Positions 17,451 to 27,640 of a stretch of 40,526 bases of DNA are shown in pieces. Below the pieces are notes generated by a model, which was not told where the DNA came from, did no database searches, and was given only the letters and a program-made list of their open reading frames with translations. Location of the stretch: positions 1-40,526 of the forward strand of contig DAOOHL010000001.1 of the NCBI GenBank assembly GCA_035416185.1, given 5' to 3'. Both the position numbers and the translations under genes were made by a program. Origin of the DNA: Propionibacteriaceae bacterium. Lineage in GTDB: Bacteria; Actinomycetota; Actinomycetes; Propionibacteriales; Propionibacteriaceae. How positions within the stretch are numbered: the first letter of the stretch is position 1; each line of letters begins with the position of its first letter.

Positions 17451-18374
17451 ATGATGAGGTCGCTGCTGCTGGCATTGTCTCGGCGGCTGTGGGTGCGTGA
17501 TGCGATGGTGCGGTTGCCGGTCACCGGGAGTGTCGTACGGCGGTTCGTCGCGGGGGAGACCGTCGCCGAAGCGCTGCCCGTGATCGCTGGTCTGGTTGCG
17601 AAGGGACTCACGGTTACCGTCGACCACCTCGGCGAGGACACGGTGGTCGCCGCGCAAGCTGACGCCACTGCCGCCGCCTATCTCGACCTGCTCCGTACGA
17701 TCGAGGCTCACGATCTGGCCGGGTCGGTCGAGGTGTCGCTCAAGCTGTCTGCCCTAGGCCAGTTCCTGCCGGTCTACGGTGAAGAGACCGCCTTACGGAA
17801 TGCCCGTACGATCTGCGCCGAAGCCGCCCGGATCGGAACCACGGTCACCATCGACATGGAGGACCACGCGACGATCGACTCAACGCTGGGTCTCGTCGAC
17901 CAGCTGCGCGCCGACCACCCCTGGGTGGGGGCTGTGCTGCAGTCGTCACTGCGCCGTACAGTCAACGACTGCCGTCGGCTCGCCTATCCCGGATCACGGA
18001 TCCGGCTGTGCAAGGGCGCGTACGCCTCCCCGCCTGAGGTGGCGTTCGACTCACCCCAACAGGTCTCGCTCAGCTATGTCCGCTGCCTGCGCGCCCTCCT
18101 CGACGGCGACGCCTATCCGATGGCCGCGACCCACGACCCGCGGCTGATCGAGATCTGGGAGCGGCTCGTTGCCGACCGCGAGCCGGGAACGTACGAGTTC
18201 CAGATGCTGTACGGGATCCGCCCCCTCGAGCAGGAGCGACTCGCTGCGTTGGGCCACACGGTGCGGGTCTACGTGCCCTACGGGACCGACTGGTACGGCT
18301 ACTTCATCCGCCGACTGGCCGAACGCCCGGCGAACCTGGCGTTCTTCCTGCGCTCACTGGTGGGCCGAGGCTGA
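17451..18374 (+). CDS. Proline dehydrogenase (monofunctional PutA-type catalytic domain)
   Basis: VSLKLSALG, VTIDMEDH, IRLCKGAY, ATHD, FQMLYGIR, VPYG..WYGYFIRRLAERPANL are hallmark motifs. The ATG at 17451 is preceded by gggagggtg. Confidence 0.85.
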   Translation: MMRSLLLALSRRLWVRDAMVRLPVTGSVVRRFVAGETVAEALPVIAGLVAKGLTVTVDHLGEDTVVAAQADATAAAYLDLLRTIEAHDLAGSVEVSLKLSALGQFLPVYGEETALRNARTICAEAARIGTTVTIDMEDHATIDSTLGLVDQLRADHPWVGAVLQSSLRRTVNDCRRLAYPGSRIRLCKGAYASPPEVAFDSPQQVSLSYVRCLRALLDGDAYPMAATHDPRLIEIWERLVADREPGTYEFQMLYGIRPLEQERLAALGHTVRVYVPYGTDWYGYFIRRLAERPANLAFFLRSLVGRG

Positions 18375-18409
18375 CCCCCACCCTCGGGCAGCACTCCTAG
18401 ACTGCGCGC

Positions 18410-19261
18410 ATGAGCACCACCTGGGAGCCGTCCGATACTGCGACCGTGGTCGAACCCGAGCGGCCTCGCGACCGGCCGGTGCTCGAGATGGTGGTCGTGC
18501 TCGGCCTGACACTCGGCCAGTCGGCGATCTGGTCGGTCGTGTCGATCATCGAGAAGCTGACCCGCCCGAAGGCGCCGCCGCTCAACCAGCAGACCACCAC
18601 GATGAACTCCTCGGTCACCCCCGACCGGCCGTGGCTCGATCTCAGCATCCAGATCCTCAACATCGCCTTCCCGCTGTTCCAGGTGCTGCTCGTGCTCTAC
18701 CTGCTCCACCTCGTCCACGGCCGGGCGCGCCGGCTGATCGGCTTCGACCTGCAGCGGCCGTGGCGCGACCTCGCGTATGGCGTGGGCATTTGCGCAGCGA
18801 TCGGGATCCCGGGCATCGCCTTCTACCTGGGCGCCCGCGAGCTCGGCATCAACACCAACGTTCAGCCAGCCAACCTGACGGCCCAGTGGTGGACGATCCC
18901 GGCCTACATCGGGCTGGCCGCGATGAACGGCATGGTCGAGGAGGTGATCATGCTCGGCTACCTGCTCACCCGGTTCGCCGATCTGCGCACCTCGCGAGCC
19001 TTCCAGTCTGGCCGTTCGCGCGTGGTCGACCTGATCGTCTCCCCGGTCGGCGCAGTCGTCATCTCTGCCATCGTCAGGGGCGGCTATCACCTCTACCAGG
19101 GCTTCGGCGGGTTTGCCGGCAACATCATCATGGGCCTGGCCTTCGGCTACCTGTACCTGCGCTGGAAGCGGGTGATGCCCCTTGTCGTGGCGCACACGCT
19201 GATGGATGTCTTCGCGTTCGTCGGCTACTCGCTCCTGGCCCCGTACGTGGACTGGATCTGA
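18410..19261 (+). CDS. CPBP-family intramembrane glutamic endopeptidase (CAAX protease / Abi)
   Basis: It is polytopic. Motif 1 is EEVIMLGYL, motif 2 is the RGGYHLYQG region, and motif 3 is VAHTLMDVF. Confidence 0.8.
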   Translation: MSTTWEPSDTATVVEPERPRDRPVLEMVVVLGLTLGQSAIWSVVSIIEKLTRPKAPPLNQQTTTMNSSVTPDRPWLDLSIQILNIAFPLFQVLLVLYLLHLVHGRARRLIGFDLQRPWRDLAYGVGICAAIGIPGIAFYLGARELGINTNVQPANLTAQWWTIPAYIGLAAMNGMVEEVIMLGYLLTRFADLRTSRAFQSGRSRVVDLIVSPVGAVVISAIVRGGYHLYQGFGGFAGNIIMGLAFGYLYLRWKRVMPLVVAHTLMDVFAFVGYSLLAPYVDWI

Positions 19262-19283
19262 CCGGCGGGCCTTCTAGGGCCGG

Positions 19284-21242
<1,959 letters not shown>

Positions 21243-21243
<1 letters not shown>

Positions 21244-22055
21244 TGACGATCGCCCTGCTGGGCGCCGGGGTGATGGGCGAAATCATCCTCGCCGGCCTGC
21301 TGCGCTCCGGGATCTCCCCTGACAAGGTGGTCGCCACCGACCGCCGTCCTGCCCGCGTCGATGAGATCAAGCAGCGGTACGGCGTGCGCGTCATCGAGAA
21401 CCTCGAAGCCGTCGCGGGCGCTGACACCGTGCTGCTGGTGGTCAAGCCGCAGGACATCACCGCTGTGCTCGACGAGATCCGCCCCGCCCTGGCAGGGGAC
21501 GCGCTGGTGGTGTCGCTGGTGGCGGGGGTCGAGACCGAGGTGATCGAACAGCACCTCGAGCACGGCACCCCGGTCGTGCGGGTGATGCCCAACACTCCGG
21601 CTGCGGTCGGCGAGGGAATGGCCGCGATCAGCGCGGGCAGCCATGCTGGCCAGGACCACCTCGACCGGGTCACGGCGATCCTGGCGAGCGTCGGCAAGGT
21701 CGTGACCGTTCCGGAGCGCTACCAAAACGCCGTCACCGCGATCTCCGGCTCCGGCCCGGCGTACCTGATGTTCGTCGTGGAGGCGATGATCGACGCCGGT
21801 GTGCTGCTCGGCCTGCCTCGCGACATCTCCACCCAGCTCGTCGTGCAGACCATGCTCGGGTCGGCGAAGCTGCTCAGCGAGACCGGGCAGCATCCCACCG
21901 TGCTGCGGGAGAACGTCACGTCACCGGGCGGTACGACCGCCGCTGCGCTTCGCGCCTTGGAGGACCACCGGGTGAAGGCGGCATTCATCACTGCGATGGA
22001 GGCGGCGAGGGATCGCGGCCAGTACCTGGCCGACCAGGCCCGCGCGCAGCACTGA
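21243..22055 (+). CDS. proC: Pyrroline-5-carboxylate reductase
   Basis: It has LLGAGVMGEII, RVMPNTPAAVGEGM and VTSPGGTTAAAL. The ATG shares 1 nt with the asd TGA (TGATG). Confidence 0.95.
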
Positions 22056-22152
22056 ACGGACACGATTTCCGCCGCCGCGAGGGTCGGGATAGGATCTCAG
22101 GGTTGTCGCCCGAGGGCGGCCATCGACTCAGCAACTTTCGAAAGGTACCCAC

Positions 22153-22254
22153 GTGGGCTCGGTCATCAAGAAGCGTCGCAAGCGGATGGCGAAGAAGAAG
22201 CACCGCAAGCTGCTGAAGCGCACGCGCATCCAGCGTCGTCGCGCCGGCAAGTAG
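22153..22254 (+). CDS. Small Lys/Arg-rich ribosomal protein bS22 (33 aa), below the ORF-track size cutoff
   Basis: The GTG at 22153 is preceded by gaaagg with 8-nt spacing. The translation is [33 protein letters not shown], ending at TAG 22252-22254. It is near-identical in pattern to the actinobacterial bS22 peptide and lies just downstream of proC, as I recall it does in mycobacteria. Confidence 0.85.
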
Positions 22255-22266
22255 TCGTCGCGCTCG

Positions 22267-22515
22267 GTGACCATCCCGGGCGACGTCGTCGTGCTTGTGC
22301 GCGAAGGCTGCCACCTGTGTGACGACGCGCTGGGAGTGATCGCCGAGGTCTGTGCCGATGCTGGCCGTCCCTGGACTGCCATTGACGTCGACTCAAACCC
22401 CGAGCTGAAGGCCACCTACACCGATCACGTCCCCGTCACATTCGTTGACGGGGACGTGTTGTCGTTTTGGTTCGTCGATCGTGACCAGCTCGCCGCTGCG
22501 CTGGTGCGGGCCTGA
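22267..22515 (+). CDS. Glutaredoxin-like protein (thioredoxin fold, CxxC)
   Basis: It is 82 aa with VVLVREGCHLCDDA (CHLC redox motif) and VPVTFVDG. Confidence 0.75.
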   Translation: MTIPGDVVVLVREGCHLCDDALGVIAEVCADAGRPWTAIDVDSNPELKATYTDHVPVTFVDGDVLSFWFVDRDQLAAALVRA

Positions 22516-22516
22516 C

Positions 22517-24139
22517 TCAGCTGACCCGGCGCCGTCCGCGCCGCTGTGACGGCCGGGTGATCGGCTGACCGGCGGCCAACAGATCCTTCCGGCGTTCGGT
22601 GGCGTAGGTCGCCAGGGCATCGGCCAGGTCAGTGGCTGAGGGGCTGACCGCCATCACGTCGACCCTGAGCCCGTGTTCCTCGCAGGTCTTGGCCGTGGCC
22701 GGGCCAATGACAGCAACCACCGTGGAGGCGTGCGGCTTGCCAGCGATGCCGACGAAGTTCCGTACGGTCGACGACGACGTGAACAGCACCGCGTCGTACT
22801 GACCACCCTTGATCGCCTCGCGGATGTGCGCGGGCGGGGGAGCCGCCCGCACGGTGCGGTAGGCGGTGACGTCCTCGACCTCCCAGCCGAGCTTGGTGAG
22901 GGACTCGAACAGGGTCTCGGTGGCGATGTCGGCGCGGGGCAGGAAGACCCGGTTGATCGGGTCCAGCACCGGGTCGAACTCGGGGAACTCGGCCGCCAGG
23001 CCCGCAGCCGACTGGTCGCGCGAAGGCACCAGGTCGGGCTCGATGCCCCACAGCCGCAGTGCCTGGGCGGTGACATGGCTCGCAGCGGCGACCTTGAGGC
23101 CCGAGAAGGAGCGAGCGTCCAGGCCGTACTCCTCAAACTTCTCCCGCACGGCCTTGACGGCGTTCTGCGAGGTGAAGGCGACCCACTCGAAGCGGCCCTC
23201 GACCAGGCCACGGATGGCCTTGTCGAGCTGCTGGGGCGTACGGGGACGCTCCACGGTGATGGTGGGCACCTCCTCGAACCTGGCCCCATAGCTCCGCAGC
23301 CGCGCCGTCATGGGCGACATCGAGTCCTTCGTACGGGGAACAACCAGCCGCCAGCCGAACAGGGGCTTCGACTCGAACCAGCTCAGGTCCTCGTTGTAGT
23401 TCGACGCAGCGCCGCCGATCACCACGAGCATCGGCACCTCTGACTCCATGCCAGCAACGACATAGCCCAGCTCGCCCAGCGTGGTGGAGACCGACGTCTG
23501 GCTGGTGGTGCCGCCCTTGAAGGTCGCCATCACCGGGTCGGACGCGGGGCGGCCGGCGGCAAGGGCGGTCGTCGTGATCATCGCACCGTCGCCAGCGTGG
23601 GCAGACAGCACGATGGTGCTCGGAAAGCGCCAGAAGGGGGCGGTCTCGTCGCGGAGCCGTACCTCCGGGACCGAGACGAACTCGACGCCGTGACCGTCGC
23701 CGAGCGGCACACCGGCGTACGTCGGCACGGCCGTCAGCAGGGAGACGCCAGGGATCACCTCGAAGTCAACGCCAGCCAGGACACAGGCCTGCGCCTCGCC
23801 ACCCACGCCGCCATCGACGAAGGGGTCACCGGGCACCAGCCGGACCACCGTACGACCGCCGCTGCATGACTGGAGTAGGTAGTCAGCGCGCTGGTCAACA
23901 GACAGGGCATCGCGGCCGCCGAGGTCGTCGAGCGTGGTCAGGATGGCGTCGTCGCGAGTCTTCAGGCTCTGAGCTGTCGACAGCAGCGCCTCGGTGTCGG
24001 CGATGATCACATCGGCCCCAGCGATGGCGTGGACCGCCCCGAAGGTCAGCAGATCGGGGTCTCCGGGACCCATCCCCACGAAGATGACCCGTGCCGCGGC
24101 GTCGGCGCGGGGGACCATCGAGTCGTCACTCTCGGACAC
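22517..24139 (-). CDS. Fusion of uroporphyrinogen-III C-methyltransferase-like (TP_methylase) and uroporphyrinogen-III synthase (HemD) domains
   Basis: The N-terminal part, VIFVGMGPGDPDLLTFGAVHAIAGADVIIAD, is a tetrapyrrole methylase motif. The C-terminal half, LVVPRTKD...WVAFTSQNAV...AVLFTSSSTV, is a duplicated HEM4 fold. It starts at GTG 24139, preceded by ggagg. Confidence 0.85.
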   Translation of the reverse strand: MSESDDSMVPRADAAARVIFVGMGPGDPDLLTFGAVHAIAGADVIIADTEALLSTAQSLKTRDDAILTTLDDLGGRDALSVDQRADYLLQSCSGGRTVVRLVPGDPFVDGGVGGEAQACVLAGVDFEVIPGVSLLTAVPTYAGVPLGDGHGVEFVSVPEVRLRDETAPFWRFPSTIVLSAHAGDGAMITTTALAAGRPASDPVMATFKGGTTSQTSVSTTLGELGYVVAGMESEVPMLVVIGGAASNYNEDLSWFESKPLFGWRLVVPRTKDSMSPMTARLRSYGARFEEVPTITVERPRTPQQLDKAIRGLVEGRFEWVAFTSQNAVKAVREKFEEYGLDARSFSGLKVAAASHVTAQALRLWGIEPDLVPSRDQSAAGLAAEFPEFDPVLDPINRVFLPRADIATETLFESLTKLGWEVEDVTAYRTVRAAPPPAHIREAIKGGQYDAVLFTSSSTVRNFVGIAGKPHASTVVAVIGPATAKTCEEHGLRVDVMAVSPSATDLADALATYATERRKDLLAAGQPITRPSQRRGRRRVS

Positions 24140-24271
24140 GTGCCTCCAGCCTCTCGTCGTGGATACCTTCGCCGCCCAGACGACGGGCCGTCAAGTCGAC
24201 AAGGCACCTTCCCGTACGGCAAGACTAGGTTTCAGCGGGCGGACGGCCCCCGGGGTCAGGCGACTCGAAGC

Positions 24272-25993
24272 TCAGAGGCGGGCCTGCCACTTGTCGGCCC
24301 AGACCAGATCGTTCGCCGTACCCTTGAACGGGCTCTTCCCCTCGAGCTTGTCGATGGTGGCCAGCACGTTCGAGTCGTTCTTGTCATAGGCGTTGACGTA
24401 GCACTTCACCATGGTCGCGTCGTGCAGATGGGTGGTGTAGTTGTGGCTCACCATGAACGTGGGCACCTCCCAGACGTACCAGGGGCACTCGTTGCTCATC
24501 GCCGTCTTCCAGATGATCCGGTAGTTGTTCTGCGCCCCGTACCCGACGACCTCAGCGATGATCAGGGCGGCATCGACATCCTCGCGGTACTGCAGCGTGG
24601 GGCCCTTCACCCGGGTGGTGCCGTCATTGATCGTCACCTCATAGCCACGCTCGGTCAGCAGCCGTACGTACGTCTGCGCGAGCTTGTCGGAGACGTCACC
24701 GAACATCCCGCTCTCGCCGGTGAGGTGGTACAGCCGGATCCGGCGATGGTCGTTCGGGTTGAGCGGCAGCTGGTCGAGGGTGTTCTTGACCAGCGTGATG
24801 CCCAGGTCGGCAGCCTCGTCGCGCATGCGGAGGTGCTCTGCACAGCCCACGACGGAGAGGTCCTCGGGCGTGGTGAGCAGGGTGCCAGCCGCCTTCTTCT
24901 CGTGCAGCCGCAGCTTCGCCTTGAGGCCCAGCACCCGACGGTTGGCGTCATCGAGACGCTCCTGGGAGATGATCCCCTTCTCGACGCCAGCCTTCATGAA
25001 CCCAAAGTCCTCTTCGAGGTTGTTGAAGAAGAGGAAGATGTCGCAGCCTGCGGCGATCGCGGCCGGAACGTAGTCCTCGCGTCGCATCGCCGAGGTCATC
25101 CCCAGCATGTGCGAGGCGTCGGTGATGACCGCGCCGTTGAAACCCAGGTGAGTCTTGAGCAGCCCGTTGATCAGCTCAGGGGCCAGGGTGGCCGGGAGCA
25201 GGTCGGCGTCGGCGAGCTCGGGGTTCAGCTTCTTCTGGTAGTCCGGCAGGACAAAGTGGCCAGCCATCACCATCTCGACGCCGTTGTCGATGTGGGCGCG
25301 GTAGACACGGCCGTACGAGTCGTCCCACTCCTCTGGTGAGAGCTCGTTGACGCCCAGCACCAGATGGTGGTCGCGCTCCTCAGAGCCGTCGCCGGGGAAG
25401 TGCTTGATGCAGGTGATGATGTCGGACTCCCGCTGCCCCTGGACGAACGGGATCGTGTAGGTGATCACGTCGTCGGCGGTCGTACCGTACGCGCGGGTGT
25501 TCACGATGGTGTTGCGCCAGTTGAAAAGGATGTCGACGCACGGGTCGAAGTTCACGTTGACCCCGACGGCCTTCATCTCGCGGCCCGAGACCCAGCCGGC
25601 GTTGTAGGCCACCTCCGTGGAGCGGGTCGCCTCGGTCTGGGCGCCCGAGGCGATGTAGGTGCCATCAGACATGGCCCCGTTGCCGCCGGAGTCACAGTTG
25701 GCCGCCACCAGCAGCGGGATCTTCGAGGCCGACTGCAGCCGGTTGAGCAGGTCCTGCACCGTGTCGGATGAGCCGCCGTGATAGCGGGCGACCCCGATGT
25801 GGAACTTCTCGAGGATCTCTTCGGCGGTGTACGGGTTCCCGGAGAAGCCATCGGTTCCGAAGAAGAACAGGTTGGTGAAGCACTGACCCACCTGCTCGTC
25901 GAGGGTCATGCCAGCGAGGGTCTCTTCGACCCAGGCGATCTGGTCGGCGTCAAGGTGGTACGGGGCGGCAGCGAGGTTGACGAGCTGAGGCAT
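24272..25993 (-). CDS. Glycoside hydrolase family 3 protein (N- and C-terminal GH3 domains)
   Basis: It has KHFPGDGSEERDHH, GAVITDASHMLGM (nucleophile Asp context) and ITLVKNTLDQLPL (start of the GH3 C domain). The ATG at 25993 is preceded by aagga. No signal peptide is seen. The tracked 706-aa ORF has a junk N-terminal extension. Confidence 0.85.
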   Translation of the reverse strand: MPQLVNLAAAPYHLDADQIAWVEETLAGMTLDEQVGQCFTNLFFFGTDGFSGNPYTAEEILEKFHIGVARYHGGSSDTVQDLLNRLQSASKIPLLVAANCDSGGNGAMSDGTYIASGAQTEATRSTEVAYNAGWVSGREMKAVGVNVNFDPCVDILFNWRNTIVNTRAYGTTADDVITYTIPFVQGQRESDIITCIKHFPGDGSEERDHHLVLGVNELSPEEWDDSYGRVYRAHIDNGVEMVMAGHFVLPDYQKKLNPELADADLLPATLAPELINGLLKTHLGFNGAVITDASHMLGMTSAMRREDYVPAAIAAGCDIFLFFNNLEEDFGFMKAGVEKGIISQERLDDANRRVLGLKAKLRLHEKKAAGTLLTTPEDLSVVGCAEHLRMRDEAADLGITLVKNTLDQLPLNPNDHRRIRLYHLTGESGMFGDVSDKLAQTYVRLLTERGYEVTINDGTTRVKGPTLQYREDVDAALIIAEVVGYGAQNNYRIIWKTAMSNECPWYVWEVPTFMVSHNYTTHLHDATMVKCYVNAYDKNDSNVLATIDKLEGKSPFKGTANDLVWADKWQARL

Positions 25994-26019
25994 GGTCGGT
26001 CCTTGGTCGGGTAGGTGGG

Positions 26020-26958
26020 CTATTTGACGGCGGGCATGGAGATCCGACGGCTGCCGGAGATGGTCTCCCAGCGCACTTCGTCGGGCAGGGCGGCGTTGAA
26101 CTCGGCGATGAGTGAGCTCTGGTAGGGGCCCACGAAGGTGCCGGCGAGGAACTTCGGGAGCGCCTCGGCCGTGAACCTGGCCCACGACTCCTTCTCGCGG
26201 CCAGGCACGATCGGGTAGTAGAGGCAGGCTGCCTTCTGGGCTGCGTCGCGGTCGCCGGGGGCGTCGCCGATCAGCATGATCCGCTCGGGGTCGTACTTGC
26301 CGGTGGCTGCGTACTGCACGTGCTCGGCCTTGCTGCCCATCTCCTGGCCGGCGATGACCTTCATGAAGGGGGCGAGGCCGTGGGCGGTCCACTCATACTC
26401 GAGAGCGTGGAGCGGCGTTGCCGAGACGGTCATGCAGTCGACGTCGGGTTGCATCGCCTCGATGGCGTCGCGGACTCCCGGGAACGGGCCGCAGCCGTGC
26501 ACCATGTCGGCGATAGCGGCATTGACGGCGTCTCCCCACCGGATGGCTCGGGCGATCGTTGCCGACGGATGGTCGGCGTGGTACCGAGCGATGCCCGTGT
26601 CCGACAGTGGGTACCCCTCCGCAGCGATGAACTCCGACAGCTCCGGGTACGGGGGAATCGTCACCCCCCGCTCGGCCACGTCAGCTCGGTCTCGGAGGAG
26701 ATCGAGCAGCTGCTTGAGAGCCAGCCAGCGGTTGAGGCCGCGGGTCACCGAGCCCAGGTTCACGAAAAGCGCTGTCTCGCGCGCCAGTGTTGAGATCGGC
26801 TGGAGGTTCCAGTGTTTGATGGAACAGGGGGTGAAGCACTCCTGATGCTTGATGTCCATGGCATCCATGGCGCACCCGTCGGAGTCGATCCCGACGAAGA
26901 AGCTTCGGGTCGGCTGGAAGTCGACCAGCACCTGTGCGGCATCCGGAATCGGTGGCAT
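26020..26958 (-). CDS. HAD-superfamily hydrolase (phosphatase-like)
   Basis: Motif I is FFVGIDSDGCAMD and motif IV is MLIGDAPGDRDAA. The ATG at 26958 is preceded by gaggag. Its stop lies 26 nt before the GH3 start. Confidence 0.7.
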   Translation of the reverse strand: MPPIPDAAQVLVDFQPTRSFFVGIDSDGCAMDAMDIKHQECFTPCSIKHWNLQPISTLARETALFVNLGSVTRGLNRWLALKQLLDLLRDRADVAERGVTIPPYPELSEFIAAEGYPLSDTGIARYHADHPSATIARAIRWGDAVNAAIADMVHGCGPFPGVRDAIEAMQPDVDCMTVSATPLHALEYEWTAHGLAPFMKVIAGQEMGSKAEHVQYAATGKYDPERIMLIGDAPGDRDAAQKAACLYYPIVPGREKESWARFTAEALPKFLAGTFVGPYQSSLIAEFNAALPDEVRWETISGSRRISMPAVK

Positions 26959-27112
26959 CTGGGGCTCCTCACTCACAGGGGTGGACACCTGACACTCAAC
27001 TCCACTCTCGTCGAGGGTCGGAGAGTTGCAGAATCTTGCCGAGTTTCCCCCGGTGAGACAGGTGCGGAAAGCTTTCTCCCCGGTGGATCCGGGGACGTGG
27101 CAGGATGCCGCC

Positions 27113-27586
27113 ATGGCTCCGCGTCGCGTACACCATCTCTTCGCCCATCAGGTGCTGCCCGAGGCGGCGCTCGACCCCCGCACTGACCTGTTCGGTGAGG
27201 CCGAGAAGGTGGATCTCGGGCCGCGGTTTGTCGAGCTCTGGGAAGAGATGAACCGCCGCGCAGGCGAGTCGGAGGCCATCGATCCGGACGGACTGGCCGC
27301 GTACGTGGTGGTGCTGCCCGAGCTCAACGGGGTGCTGGTCACGCTGCCTGAGGCCACCCAGGAGCCGGAGGCCAAGTACGCCATGCTCGTCGCCAACGAC
27401 GATCCGACGAAGCGGCTCTTCTTCACCTCCGAGCGTGGCTCGGACCCAGACTCAGGGGCGGCGACCAGCGAGTTGTGTGCCTGGGTGCCGTCGGCGGCAG
27501 GACTCCAGAAGGTCAACCTCGGACGTCGTGAGGATCCCAGCCTCGACGCGTTCGTCAACGACGTGGTCGTCGCCGCGAGTCGTTGA
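27113..27586 (+). CDS. Hypothetical acidic cytoplasmic protein (157 aa)
   Basis: The ATG at 27113 is preceded by agga. GC3 is consistent. There is no TM segment or signal peptide, and I recognise no family motif. Confidence 0.5.
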   Translation: MAPRRVHHLFAHQVLPEAALDPRTDLFGEAEKVDLGPRFVELWEEMNRRAGESEAIDPDGLAAYVVVLPELNGVLVTLPEATQEPEAKYAMLVANDDPTKRLFFTSERGSDPDSGAATSELCAWVPSAAGLQKVNLGRREDPSLDAFVNDVVVAASR

Positions 27587-27640
27587 CCCGGTCTACCCCT
27601 CGACAGCGCAGGTAGGCTGCGAGGCAACGAGAGGGCGGTC

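Noticed and set aside
22056-22152. I expected an excisionase-like HTH gene between proC and bS22, as in mycobacteria.
   Set aside because: The gap is only 97 nt with no open frame, so the gene is simply absent here.
24140-24271. A possible cobalamin riboswitch upstream of the CobA/HemD fusion; the minus strand contains GGGAAGGTGCC.
   Set aside because: The spacer is only about 130 nt. It has no recognisable B12 box and lacks the extended conserved helices, so the short match is probably chance. A covariance-model scan (Rfam RF00174) would settle it.
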